DNA of 64,000 nt from Podarcis vaucheri (Eukaryota), in the NCBI GenBank assembly GCA_965113315.1, contig OZ220372.1. One strand, given 5' to 3'. A program made the translations under genes and the position numbers. Below are positions 13,141 to 26,500 of this stretch, in pieces; positions within the stretch are counted from its first letter, which is position 1, and the number at the start of each line of letters is the position of its first letter. The notes below the pieces were generated by a model that saw only the letters and a program-made list of their open reading frames with translations, was not told the origin of the DNA and did no database searches.

Positions 13141-13339
13141 CAGGTTATACACTCTGCTAACCCAGAAATAGTGCTTCAGTTTAAGAACTTTGCTTCAGGA
13201 TGAGAACAGAAATCCGGCTCTGGCGGCGCAGCAGCAGCAGGAGACCCCATTAGCTAAAGTGGTGCTTCAGGTTAAGAACACTTTCAGGTTAAGAACGGAC
13301 CTCTGGAACGAATTAAGTACTTAACCCGAGGTACCACTG
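13141..13339. mobile_element. Second copy of the 4671 mariner MITE, left end internally deleted
   Basis: Same internal sequence (ctaacccagaa, caggatgagaacagaaat, caggttaagaacggacctc) and right TIR GAGGTACCACTG|TA. Confidence 0.85.
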
Positions 13340-13839
13340 TATTAGGGTGGGTGCTGAATCCAGTTGTGTGAACAACAGAGTACCACTCAAAAATAATTAC
13401 TTGTGTATGAATAGCAAACTGACTTTACTCAGATGTATGCTACATCCCCTCTGACGAACAACATAATACACCAACAAAATATGTGGATGGGTTTTGTTCA
13501 CAGTATAATACAGATTTATCTCTGAATTATGTTTGAGGGATGAATTTTACCCCCAGTCTGAATGACTAGTAACCCAGATTACTTTTTTGTATAAGCCCAC
13601 AAAGAGATCAAGCTACTTCTTTAAGACCTGTTTGATACAGCCAGGCATGTTAATTGGTAGCTTCTGCCTCGTGAATATATTAATTTCAAAACATTTATTG
13701 AAAACTTGAGATGACTCCCAGCAGAATAAAAGAATAAAAACCAGCAATAAGTGTTTAAAATAACAATCAGTACAGTAGACTGTGCAGCAGCAGAAACACA
13801 GCACCACAGTGTCCACTTTGTGGCCATAAGCATTCTGCC

Positions 13840-14048
13840 AGAGGTATGTTTTAGTGCTTAAGCACAGACTAGGACTGGGAGAACTCAGATTTCAAACCCT
13901 GTTATGTAATAAACCTCACTTAATGACCTTGGGCAGGTCATGCAAACTCAGTCTGACCTAGTTCACATAGTTGTGGTGAGGACTAAAGTATCCTACTTTG
14001 AGGTCCATGGAAGAAAGGCAGGATATAAATGTTGCAAATAAATAAATA
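13840..14048 (+). mobile_element. Old MIR/L2-tail-like SINE
   Basis: Degenerate B box, tgaccttgggcaggtca core, gaaaggcaggatataaatg..aaataaataaa tail. Similar to 35872-36075. Confidence 0.6.
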
Positions 14049-14399
14049 GGACGCAAAGCCAAAGTATCTCATCAAATAGGTTGTTCTTGGGTTCATCAGC
14101 ATGGCATCCATGGCCAACAGTATGCCCACCAGGACCTCATCTGGTGCAATGAAATATTTCCTCACAAGTCCGCAATAATTGAGAAAGTATTTTTTCTTTC
14201 TGCTCAGTCCCTATCTGCACTGTCTTGGCCTCTCCTATACACCCTCATAGCAGCCATTTTGTGAGTGGTGCCCACAGCACTTTCTCAAAATTCCAGATTT
14301 TCCCACTGGTCCAAAAAGGTTGGTGACTCCTGTTCTACAGCCTCAAAATCATTAAGATAAAAGTATGTCTTCACCTCACATGTGTGCACATGGAGTAGG

Positions 14400-15230
14400 A
14401 ACAGCCTTGCATAGCTAAGGCAGTAACTAAGCTAATCTAGGGAGAGGTGAACTTTAAGAAACCTGTAGGTGCCAGACTATAAAGGGATTTTAAAAGAGCC
14501 ACCTTAAATTAAGTCCAGAAGGTGTCTAGTCTTTGTAAAGTAGGATGAATATATTCCCAAATGTAAGCCTCTTCCAAGAGATGGGCAACAGAATTCTGCA
14601 CTAGTTGAAGCTTCTGGTCTATCTCCATGGACAGCCTTCAATGAAGCACACTTCAGCAATACATTTTAGAGATTACAAAAGCATGGATCAGCATGGCAAA
14701 ACCTCTCTTCTCCAAAAAGGGGGCAAGACTATATCGCAGATGAAGTGGATAAAACAGATGTTTGTATAACAGATTGGGAGAATTTAGATCAGGGTCAACT
14801 GGCAATTAGATTTCTGGCAATTAATAGTTGAGCAGGAAGGGTATCTTATTTTTGTTAGGAACAACAGCAACATAATTACTTTTTTCTAGCTAAATTAGGC
14901 TGCTGAAATGTGTCCACCAAGTTCATAGGCTCAGAGTGTTCACAGAGGCCCCCTCTTCTTTAATTCCAACTGTCTTCTGCACATGGTTCCAGTTTGTAGG
15001 TCTTGGGGTTCTATTAAAAACCAAAACCAAACTAGATCCAAGAAACCTGAAGTCTACTCCAGTCTATAAGAGTGGACAAACACTGAATGACTGCATTAAT
15101 TTGTTCTGCCAAGATCTTGGAATCACCACAGTCATTACAGATACACTTCAGAAGCTGAGAGCACTTAGTCCATTGAAATAATTGAGAAATAAAGACTGTA
15201 CTGTATTCTTAGGTCCTCCCTCAATAAGAT
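14400..15230 (-). mobile_element. Degraded L2-clade LINE RT fragment
   Basis: gcaacagaattctgcactagttgaagctt and cagcaatacattttagagattacaaaagcatgg are antisense to degenerate LQLVQN and HAFVISKMYC motifs. Confidence 0.55.
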
Positions 15231-16140
15231 GTAAGTGTATTTTAACTTTCTTGCAGATGCACCAACTAATTTCACAAAAAATGTTAGTACATTTATGAAT
15301 TGTAATTTTATTTATGTTTTAAAACTTAAATACAGCATTGCATTCACAAATAACACATTTTTAAACTCGGCAAAATTAAATTCGTATGTACATTTCAGTT
15401 TCATAGGCTGTGATCCTTACATGGAAATAAATCTAAACATAAATAGTCTTACTTACAAGGATTTATGGTTGAAAGACCAGTATTTGTAATGTACAGATAT
15501 GTGCATTGCTGAAACCATTGAATTAATTTCTCTATTCAATCTCCATTCTAAATCTAAAAACATACTGACATGAAAGAACTTTTTTCTGTTCTATTCTTTT
15601 AAATCCATCAATATGTTACATTTTAATATAATTATCTTATGCAAGCTGTACATAAAAACTCTTCTGAAGGTTTAGTTAGGTAGCAAAGATGAAATTACTC
15701 ACTCAGTGTTTGATTGATAGAACTGATACTTGCTCTGGATTAAGCACAAATATAGCAAAAAAAATAATCAAATATAACATTTCTGGCTTTCAACCCTGAC
15801 TTTAAATTATAGACTGCTCAGTAAATGATCTTAAGCTGTTTAAGGTTTCATCAGTTGTCTGCAAGATTTATTTTCTTCAAAATTACTGTACTAAAATGTT
15901 GTCTTTTGTTGCTGCACTGATTCTGATCACAAACCACAATTTTAAGATCGCCTCCTATTTACAAAAATGCTTTGACATAGTGCATTTGTTCAGACTGGGC
16001 AGCAATAAAGGATTGTGGGATCATTCTGAAGAAGATTGTTTGACAGAGCCGGCTTGTTTATTTGAGAGTAATGTGAGCTGCATTCAGAAAATGTCATATT
16101 TTGTTTCTTGATTGTGTACATTCTCTTTCACTGCTTCCAG

Positions 16141-16305
16141 ACAAGCCCTGTAAGGAGAGAAGACACGGATTTAGAGCTTGTTTCCATGACCAGTGGAAGT
16201 ACTTTGACTCAGAACAAAGAAAAAAATAATCAGCCACACAGACACTCTGCAGGACCTTCAAGTAAGTTGTACTTTCCTTTTAATAATCAGCTAGATAAAG
16301 CTTGA
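16141..16305 (+). CDS. LRRIQ1: LRRIQ1 exon TSPVRREDTDLELVSMTSGSTLTQNKEKNNQPHRHSAGPS; either splices at 16261 or reads on to SKLYFPFNNQLDKA* (stop 16303-16305)
   Basis: Acceptor ttctctttcactgcttccag|, phase 0. Matches recalled human REDTDLDLFSMTNGSALSVNREKKNQAHRHSAGSSSKLWFP. Internal donor TCAA|gtaagt at 16261/16262. Confidence 0.9.
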   Translation, partial: TSPVRREDTDLELVSMTSGSTLTQNKEKNNQPHRHSAGPSSKLYFPFNNQLDKA

Positions 16306-16532
16306 ATCACCTGACTGGGCTTAGCATCAAATGACACATTCCTAGCAGGACAGTGGTGGTTTCGTCTCTACTTCTGCCCTTACTTTGAAATTTTATGTGA
16401 ATATAAAATGTATGCCTATAGATATATTGAAATGTTAGTGTATGCATGTAGATAACATAGAACTACAGAAATGTGTATCTGGCATATCCAGAGCAAGAGA
16501 TATGTACGTATGTATAGACATATACATACATA

Positions 16533-16673
16533 CAGTGCTTTTTCTGGGGGTACACAGGGGTATGCATACCCCTAAACATTTTGTGAATCTAAGTTTGGCC
16601 TCATTGAGGGCCAGTATTTCAATATGAGTAGGAAAATGAGAGTACCCCTAAACATTTTGGGGGGATATCACTG
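16533..16673. mobile_element. Non-autonomous hAT-like element, 141 bp
   Basis: CAGTG...CACTG ends. Perfect 8-bp TSD CATACATA at 16525-16532 and 16674-16681. Internal repeat TACCCCTAAACATTTTG x2. Confidence 0.8.
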
Positions 16674-18206
16674 CATACATATATCTCTAGATGTGTATGA
16701 ATGGGAGAGTGATTGACAAATTGATTTAAAGAGAATGTGTATGATAATGTGTGTGCATAAAACCACGTGGAAAATTAGAATCATCAGAGATTTTGTTTAA
16801 CTAAAACCTATAATTTAGTTACTTATTCCTCTAGGCCCTACCAAACCCTTTGGTGTTTCCTGAAGATGGGTATTTGTCTGCCGCTTAAGGCCTAATCCTG
16901 AAACCACTTGATCATTGGTAGCTTTCAGTGAGACAAATGGCATGGTTTCATTCACTTTAGTAGTGCAGCTTTGATTTAAAATGAGAGTCTTCTGTCTTTT
17001 CAATTGTTTAATACGTAAGTATTAAATCAGTAATTTGACATGAACAGTTTAGTGTACTTTTTTTTACAGAAGTTGAAGGCAAAAAAAGAGTATAGTATGC
17101 AATTAATCCACAAACAGCAGTTAAGCACCTACTGCGATAAGTCTAACACTAAGATTTGCTTTGCTACCATACAAGTTGCAAAGTTTGGGCATACCAAAAC
17201 TATACCAGTATAGCATCACACTCCTTGATGTTATGATTCCTTCATAGAAAATGTCTGATGGAGTTGGCAGAAATGCTTTAGGATGCAAGTGTATGTTGAA
17301 TGCAAGAACCAGACAGCCTTTATTCAGAAACATATATTTAAATAGCGCTTTTATAAAGAATTGGTGGACAGGTAGAAATACGTGGTTTACCAGAAAAAGT
17401 AATCAGAAATATTTTAGTATTTAAAAACTATAAGAAAAAATAAGATTGAGACATAATAATGTTTCAAAGGTACTTATTAGTGAATAAAGCTGAGGTCTGT
17501 TGCATTGCTATGTTCATTTATATTCTATCTAATTTTTCTAAGAAATCTGGAGAATCAATTTTCAAGCTTAGTGTAATTTTGGCTTAGAGAGTCAATTAGC
17601 TGCTTTTGGCACTGGAGAGTTTGTATGCCCCAGTGATTTTTGCTAATATTTTTAATTTGATTCCAAAGATGAATGCTTTTATGAAACTCCTCTTAGTTTC
17701 AAAAGAGAATTCTTTCATGGCAACTCTAGACTTCCTTTGTTTTTGTTTTTGGTCTGGGCTATTTCACATTCTAAGAAGTCTAAGACTGCAATCCTCTGCA
17801 TACTCCCTGGGAAAGCCCAAAGTGGGGCTTGCTTCTGAATAAACATGAGCAAGATTGCAACACATGCAACAGTCATGCTCTGAAACACTTTTTCTTAATA
17901 ATATAAAGGACTACAACACTTTTACATTTTTCCTACCATGGTAAAATAAATAATTGCAATAATAAGTAAATCTATTTGAAAATATCATTCGTTGACTTGG
18001 ACCTGGAGAAAGGCACACTCTGCAAACTGAATTGAAAGAAATGCATAGATTAGAAATCAATAAGTTCCATTATTTGCTTTTTTAAAAGATAAATGCTGCA
18101 TCCTTCTCAGTAAAAGTTTCCCTTTGCCAGTGAGGGGGGACAGTTTTTCATTCACTAAAAGATTGTGAGGCCTATGCTTCCCTTCAGCCTAATCCTCTCC
18201 TGTGAT

Positions 18207-18210
<4 letters not shown>

Positions 18211-18258
<48 letters not shown>

Positions 18259-18259
18259 T
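18211..18259. repeat. (TC)n(TG)n microsatellite
   Basis: Direct reading. Confidence 0.95.
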
Positions 18260-21200
18260 ACATGTCATGTTAACAGGCTTACAGTTGTTGATTGTACATT
18301 ATCTTTAAAAAAGCTTTCACCAGTTATCATTGTATGCACATATGATTTAAATATTTAAATAAATGATTTCAGGACAGACCCAAGAAACGTTGTTTAAAGA
18401 ATAAAAATAATAAAACAGTTACTCAACTCCAACCTGCTAAATTCTACTTATTTCATATAACTTCAAACTGATGTAAACATTTTGCAGCAAAAGATTTGTT
18501 CTGGTCACTGTTGTTAAATAGCTGGTTTCCTCTCACACACAACCATGCTGTATTTGCTGCTAAGTAATACAATATGGTAAAGGATTTGGATAAATTATAA
18601 AATACGTCACAGAGTTCTAGATAGACTGGTGAAAATTCTATGACGTCTTAGCAGACGTTATGGTATGCCAATACACTGATTTGCAAAGTCTCTATTTTTC
18701 TTTCTTCCTGCCCCCTCCAATAAAAGTTCCAAATATTTCCTATACTGCATTACTTATCAAAACAGAGTTGTATGTCAACTTTGGCATCTGTTAAAGAATA
18801 GAAGATTTAGTCGGGGGGGGGGCAGAGAGAGAGAGAGAGAGAGCGCACAGAACAAATCATTAGCAAAGAAAATAGATTAAAGAGAAGAGAACTTAATGCC
18901 TGGGGGAAAGGAGCATTTATTCAAATTTAAGAAGTCTTTTCAGCACACAATTAATTCTGCAGGTTTTTTGTACATGCAGGCACCTTAAAATCTGACTCAA
19001 AATATTGAAATTTTGAGTAGCTGGGCACAAATAATTTAAATCACCTGAGTGTCTAGCAAACGCTTTTTTCATTGTAACGGTCACAAAATTTTACATTGTA
19101 ATACTAAACACACATGCAGTTTGCCAAATGCTATAGATTATAAAGGATGCTTCCACCCCAACCCAGATACCTTGGACTTCCCAATTTAGGCAGAAGTATT
19201 CCAAGAGCAGACTCAGGTTATTTCATGCCAGCTCTGGGGAATGCATATGACACAGATGTACCCAGAGCCTGGGTACATTTTGAGGGCACCCTTTTCTATA
19301 CTGTGAGGCCTCTGCTGTGGCATCTGACTGCTCTTACTGCAACAGAGTCCTTGGAGCATGTAAGACTCCCACATTCCATGCCTGAAGCTTCTGATCTGCT
19401 AAAGGGATAATAATATTCTATTCTAATATCATTGACCTCATGTGGCACCAGAAGCCTCAGAACCTTTGCTAGGTCCACCATGTATGCAATTTCTGGAATG
19501 GTGCTTCAAGAACATGGTGCTTCTGTTCCAGGAATTCAGCTTCCAGGGTTATGGCTTGCTGCTCCTGTGAAAACATATCAAGGCAGTAATGGTTTATATG
19601 CACAAAACATGATGTAGTACTAGGTTGAACTGGAAAAAAACCAATTCTGTATTTATCTGTTAGTGTAATTGTGGTTTTATAAAGAGTAGCTTTTGTGTAT
19701 GAATGTGTGGTTGTTGTGGCATTAGTTTGAGAAGAACAGGGCTTGTGATCTCAGAAACATTACAATGAAATATTGGCCTTTTGGTAACAATCATAAGCAG
19801 AGAACTCTGTTCTTTTTTGTTTCCTTTTGTCTCCTAACACATTTGTTGACTTTGAAATTAAGGGTTATCCTACATGAAGAACTCTCAAGAAAAACTAGAG
19901 ATGGGAAGGTTGAGGGCAGTACCAATATGTTTGGTACTGTAAACTTAGCTAGGAGCCATGCAGCAAGTTGAGATTTGTAACAGAATGTTATAGTGTGAAG
20001 TGTTCAGAGTCCAAGCCAGCCAGTCATTCCTTATTCGTGGGTACTATATTCCACTTTCCTTTTTCCCACCCCATCAATTGTGAATCTTATATATTATTAG
20101 GCTATTTTGGAGTTTTTCCCCACTGAGGGTTTTTTCTTCTATTTTTAATCCCTGCAAACCTCAGTGCTACACCAAGAATGTTGGTATCTCTCTTTTGTTT
20201 CCCAGCGGCCCAGTTAAGCTACATAGACATCAGCACTTAAGACTGCTGTTTGATGAGGTAGTGGCTCTGCTGCGGCAAAATTATTGTGTGTTTCTATGGA
20301 GTTCACACAGGAGAATTTACTGATTGGTTTTTCCCAGAGTTCCTTGACTTTCTGTTAACAATGATGTATCAGATAGGAAGATAAAGATCACTAGAAATCA
20401 TTATTCTCTTGCTACACCTACTTACACCCATATTATGCTTGGTACACAACATACATTTTCTAAATGGCAGAAAGGAATAAGGCAATGATTCCAGAAGCCA
20501 TAACTGTCCACTTAAGAATGTCCTCTCTCTTCTCCATCAAAAATATATTTATAAAAGCAATGCAATAAGAAATTATCCAGCACCTGAATAACGCTGCTGA
20601 AGTTATGAGAGGCAATGCCACATCATATATACATACAGTGAAATCTGTTTTTCAAATGCTGGAACTTATGTAGCCAAAATAACACCACAGGGAGGGGAGC
20701 AAAATCCTTAAAAGTTGGCAAAATGAAGCCCAGTGACTACTGGTGTTTAGTGGGCACACTAGACTGATAGGTGGAGCAGGGGCACAGAAAACCAGGGTAT
20801 AAGGGGAATGGAGGAATGTCTGTCTGAAACCTAAACAGGAGCACCCCAGGCCGCAACATTATGTTGCAAGTCACACATTATGTTACAAGTTCCCCATGTA
20901 GTTCTGTGTGGGATTTTGAAGCTACAAGATACACTGTGGCTCTTAACATCAAATTCAATAATACAGGTTCCTTTACTGAGGATACAGTTTATGAAATAAA
21001 TAAGCAGATTGGTGGGTATCTTTTAGGAAAGATAATGCTCATACCATTATTAAATAAAAGTAAACATTTTATTTTATTTATCAAATGAAAATCACATTTT
21101 GAAGCTCAAGTCCCTAATACAAAGTTTTAGATACAGCCCAGCAGGATTTCTTTTGTTGTTGTTGTTCTTACCCAAGCCATATTAGAATGAAAGGAAGCTT

Positions 21201-22265
21201 AGAGTACAGTTGCACAATTCTCATTCCTTTCCACGATCTTTTTGGAAGAGATGCTCAGGATAGATTGCATCCTATTGCTATTTAAGTGGTAGTCTTGTAA
21301 CACTTTTCACCAAATCTCTCGAAGTGCCAAACCACTTCAGAACAATATTTTTATAAATGAAAACAGACTCGGAGATACAAAGGCTGGGTAGGAAGTAAGG
21401 AAGATAAGAAAATAGATTTCATAAAGATAGACAAAGAAATAGTTCATACCCTCATAAAATTTATAAGAGGCAGCAACTTATAATGACAATTATTGGATCA
21501 AGGATGTCATACCAAAACAATAGCCCTGAGCACTTTCTTCAGTCTAAACACAAAATGAGGGACTGACTCTTTCACAAGAAAATTACAGTTTCAAAAACTC
21601 TAATGCTGTTCCTCCCACCTACCTTTTCCTCATCACAATTTTCCAACCTTAAAGTTACGCCTCCAGTTAAGGAAGCAGACAAACTCAATAATGTTGCTTT
21701 CTCACTTGGCTTAATTAGAAACCTCACCAAAGGCATAACTGGATTAACATCAGTGTTGCTCTTAGAATAGAGTTCCTTATCTGGTTCTTATAATTTTAAT
21801 GGGGAAAGTTCACTATAAGTCCAGAGTTATTTCTGATTAACCAAACAGCATGGGTTGAATCCAGGCTTGCCTGAAGAAGAGTCTCACTAATTGGGGGCTT
21901 CCGAGGGTGAAAGGGGAGGAGACAGTTTTCAGCAATTCCTTCTTACTTCTTCAGCCCTCTGCTCCATAGGGTCGGGGGGGGGGGACGGGACTCCGGAACA
22001 GTGTATGCAAGGAAGAGATCAGCAGAAATTGCCTCCTGCAGGAGCATCCAGTGAGTGGAAGCATCCACTGGATTAGAGTATCATTTGTACAAGAAGGAAT
22101 CCTTCCATTCACATAGGGAAATGTCTGGATGCAACTCAGTCACATAAGATGAACCGCATCTATTTTTTTCCTTAATACTGCTGTTCTAATCTTAAGTGCA
22201 ACTTCTTGTAATTGGTATAAGTTCTGGTGAAAGCTGTTAAAGAAGCAGGGTTATAGAGTTTATAC

Positions 22266-22514
22266 CAGGGGTCAGCAAACTTTTTCAGCAGGGGGCTGGT
22301 CCACTGCCCCTCAGACCTTGAGGGGGACCAGACTATATTTGGGGGGGGAATGAACAAATTCCTATTCCCCACAAATATCCCAGAGATGCATTTTAAATAA
22401 AAGGACACATTCTACTCATGTAAAAACACACTGATTCCCAGGACTGTCCACGGACCGGATTTAGAAGGCGATTGGGCTGAATCCGGCCCCCAGGCCTTAG
22501 TTTGCCTACCCATG
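22266..22514. mobile_element. Non-autonomous hAT element
   Basis: Ends CAGGGGTCAGCAAAC / GTTTGCCTACCCATG; 8-bp TSD GTTTATAC / GTTTACAC. Confidence 0.85.
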
Positions 22515-23205
22515 GTTTACACACAAAAATCTAGTTTACCTACTTCTAAGTGCCAGAGGACTGAAGCAAAGTCTGGGACACAGTTAAAGTTAATTGTGAC
22601 TAAGGCTCAAACTAGACACGATATGTGATCAGCATTTTACTGTGAAGGCATTTTCTTAAGCATTAAATGCAGCCACAGAGGTATGAATCAACCCAGAGCC
22701 TGGTGCTGGGAGTGCAACTTTTAAACCCTTTTCTCACAACAGTTTGAATCTCACACCCCAAGGTTGCTGTTTGCTTTGTAGCTATGTTTTCTTTCATGGG
22801 ATAATTCGCAGCTTAGGGCAGGAATGAATTAGAAAAACCAAGTGGGGGGGGGGAGAGTTAACTGCCTCCCTGCTCTCACCCTTATTTCCACATCTCCTCT
22901 CTATTGCATCTCTCTCCCACCCACCCCTTTTAACTTATGGGGAAATGTTGTTCCTGATAACAGATTTATTGTGTCACATCTCATTGCGCCATTGAAAGTG
23001 ATGGAATTAAATTTATGGCTTGTCCATATCAACAGGACTTGGTCATGATTACACTTAACTGGATTGGGGCTAAAGTATTACAATGGCAACTGCTGGGAAT
23101 TGCAAATGAGTAGATTGCTGTTTTGCTTAGGTCTTTTTGGGGGAGCTTCCCAGAGGCAGCTGTTTGGCCACTGGGTTTTGGACTAGATAGATCAATGGAC
23201 TGATC

Positions 23206-23714
23206 CAGAGGTTTTCAACATTTTTGAGTCCACGGCCCCCTTGACCCACTACATTCTTTCTGCAGCATCCCTGTGGGGCTCAGAAGCCCAGTTATGTCAC
23301 CCTTTGCTCGCAGAGCTGGCAGCCTCTCACCCTTTTTCAAACACCCTCCCTTGTGGCGTGTTCCCTCAGCCTCCTCTCCTCTCCCCTCTTCTTGGGAGTC
23401 CTCTGGGCAACCACAGCTGCTCCCCCCCCCGGTCTTTGAGCTGTCCACCCCAAAGAGAGGTGCCTTCTCACACTGCCCCACTGGGGCCTGGGAAGCACCC
23501 CCTGGCCAGCCTCGGAGGCACCATTCACCTGGGAAACTTGTAGCCAGGTCTGCTATGACAAACATCCATTCAAGGCTTTGGGAGGCAGAGACATGAGAGG
23601 GCATCAGAGGAGGGAGGGAAGGGAAGAGGGACAGAGACCAGTTTTGCCCATGGCACCCCTGACCATCATTCAAAGCACCCCAGGGTGCCATGGCACACTG
23701 GTTGAAAACCACTG
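23206..23714. mobile_element. Non-autonomous hAT element, 509 bp
   Basis: TIR CAGAGGTTTTCAAC / GTTGAAAACCACTG; perfect TSD GACTGATC at 23198-23205 and 23715-23722. Confidence 0.88.
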
Positions 23715-26399
23715 GACTGATCCAACCAGCTCTTCTTAATATTTTTAGAGTCATTGAATTACCTTCATTTATCAGACGAAGCCATATCAGAGGCTTTGGA
23801 TGATTTTGAATATAAACACATCCATCTAGAGGCCATATCCACTTTTAGTAGCCATGTTGTATACACTGCAAATGTATAAACAAAACGCATACTGTAAAAT
23901 ATACTTGCAAAAGACTTATGCATCTCAAGGAACTGAAGTTGGCACCAGCTGGTGTGTACTCAAATGGAAAGATGCATATTTTCCTAATTTAATATGTGGA
24001 ATTACATTAAAATTACACATTCCTTCTAATAGTGAACCTAAGTAGGCAAGTGTCTGTTTGAAAGCAAAATGAGACCACCTAAAAGCAAGTGGCTATATCC
24101 AACATAGACTCACTAAGAATGATGGGCATGACCAGACATTAATTTTAATGGCTCTACTCTGAGTTGGACTTACTTGGATACAACCCATGATTCTGGTTTT
24201 CACATACTTGTTAATTAGGTATGCAAAAGTTTATGTGAAAGGTTTTTGTATAAAAAAGGGGGAGCCTGTGAGCTTCCATGACCTGTAGAATGTTGAAAGA
24301 ATAGTGATGAGAAAAATATGAGCAAGACTTCTAATTGCCTGGAGAGGAAATTTTGGGCTCACATTTAAAATGAAAGACAGAAATTCCTGTCTTTTGCTTT
24401 TGGGGGGAGGGCGCAGTACAGCTTAATCACAGCTATAATGACTCATTTCTGCATTGTTTTCAATGTGTACTCTCATTTCCATTTTGGGAAGTGCTGAATG
24501 TCTGCACGAACCAGAAACTGGAGACACTGTGTGAAATGCACAATTAGGCTATGTTTACAGTGTGAAGCACTTTTGTAGATAGTGCTTTTTAATTGTACAC
24601 CTCTTCACATCATTATAATACTAGGCAAAGCAGCCACCACTGTCCATGTTGTCTGTACACACAGGTGGGTATGTATACCAACCAGTACATGTACACCAAC
24701 ACATTGGTGTTATCTACTCCCCTAAATTTGTGTTCCCATTCCTCCTGGCTGTGGGCAGAAATGATGTAATGCCACACTGCAGCTAAGCACATGTTGTTCT
24801 ATAGTACTTTTTTGAAATTATTTTTGGTCATTCAAAATGCTAGCTGTCCCTAAAAAGAGACTACAGAAACTGATGTACTGATTTATCAATATACAGTCTG
24901 TTCCATTGGTGTAGCCAAGGGAGGGCAAGGGGGCAGCTGCCCTGCCCCATCAATCTAAATCAATACAAATCTGAGGTTATACCCATGGTCTGTTCCCTGC
25001 TTTTCCTAGTGCATGTAGCTAGACTGGAAAATGTGAATTGGCACAGGCCTTGCAATGTCGGAAAGTCCACCCCAATAGAAGATGACATGAAAAAGCGCTC
25101 TCTGTGTACACAGGGAGACAGAAAGCACTTGAGAAGTTCATTCTCGGTACAAAATGGATTATAACCATTCCAGCAGGATGAGCCTTATATATATGAATGG
25201 TGCAAGACAGGAACGATATGTGTGTGCAGCACCCCAAAAATGTACCTGCATCCAGCACAGAATGCACATTATCACAGTGTGGTTGTGGGCAGATGGACTG
25301 TGGAATGATGAAGGTATGGCGGAATTAGTCAAATTAAGCTAAGGTTACCCTGGAGGCCAGGAACATTTTGTGGCAAGCGACACACACACATGCAGTGCTA
25401 TATTCAACCACCGACAGTAGCAGTTATAGAGCAATGAAGCACTCAGATTTAGGATGGGCAGCCAGCCCTCATCCTGAACCCATTACCATGATCACTATAT
25501 TGTATATTGGAGGGAAGTGATAAAACTACATCTGACAAGCCCCAGTGAGTGCTATATGGCTCCTGTTTGAGGCTGATTGGAGCCCTATGTAGTACTCAGA
25601 AATTTCTGAAGGTGTTATTGACAGCTACATAGTTACCATTGAAGACTTAAGATTTGAATAAAAATTCAATATTTAGGTCAGCTTTCTCCATTTCTTATTC
25701 AGTGGAGTAAATGGTGACTTCCTCTGTCTTTCCCTTGGTGGATGTCTGGCGAGCGTATGTTGGGCTGAGAAATTAAAATAGCAACCCGTTGGCCCTATAA
25801 ATCATCTGGAATTTTCTTCATGTGGTTAAAAAATGCCAGAATCCATAAAAATGATATCTCTGTGCCACTTATGTGTTCATGAAATACGGTATGTGCAAAT
25901 GACGAAGAAATAATTGGACACGAAAAGGAAACAATGAATATGTAAATTATATGTCTGGATTTTTTCAATTTGATTCTAATATTCCTAAAATACTGCCCAT
26001 GCTTTTTACAAATCTCAGTTGCGAATTAGCATGTAAATGGGAATGAATTATCAATGCAATTTGTGAATGTGTTAACTATGTGTTTAAAATGTATATGCTT
26101 AATCAGAGGCATTCCCTTGTGAAATAGTATTCAGTGCTGATCACATTGTTGTCACTCTGCACATCTCTTATTTCCACCAATGTGGTTAGTGTGATTTCCC
26201 GGCCAATGAATGTTTTATCTGCAATTATTCAGAAGAAACACATGTGTGAGAGAGCACACACATATTAAATATCCACAAATTGCCATTGAGATCAAAGTTT
26301 TTAATCAGTTAATGGCTTTAAAGTAGCTTAGATTTTCTGCTAAAACTTTTCGAATTAGGAACTAAGTAACAAAATTAGGCATGATGAGAGGCTGCTATT

Positions 26400-26449
<50 letters not shown>
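26400..26449. repeat. (TTG)n microsatellite about 50 nt upstream of the distal LRRIQ1 exon
   Basis: Direct reading. Confidence 0.95.
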
Positions 26450-26450
<1 letters not shown>

Positions 26451-26500
26451 TAAAGATGACTTGAGCAACAGCATTTTCATACCAATTTCTTCTTGTGTAG

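Noticed and set aside
20906-20926. GTGTGGGATTTTGAAGCTAC echoes the VWDFEAT part of the 8896 exon
   Set aside because: The similarity does not extend on either side and has no splice sites; treated as chance.
23215-23754. 179-aa and overlapping ORFs
   Set aside because: They lie inside a non-autonomous hAT element and show no transposase motifs.
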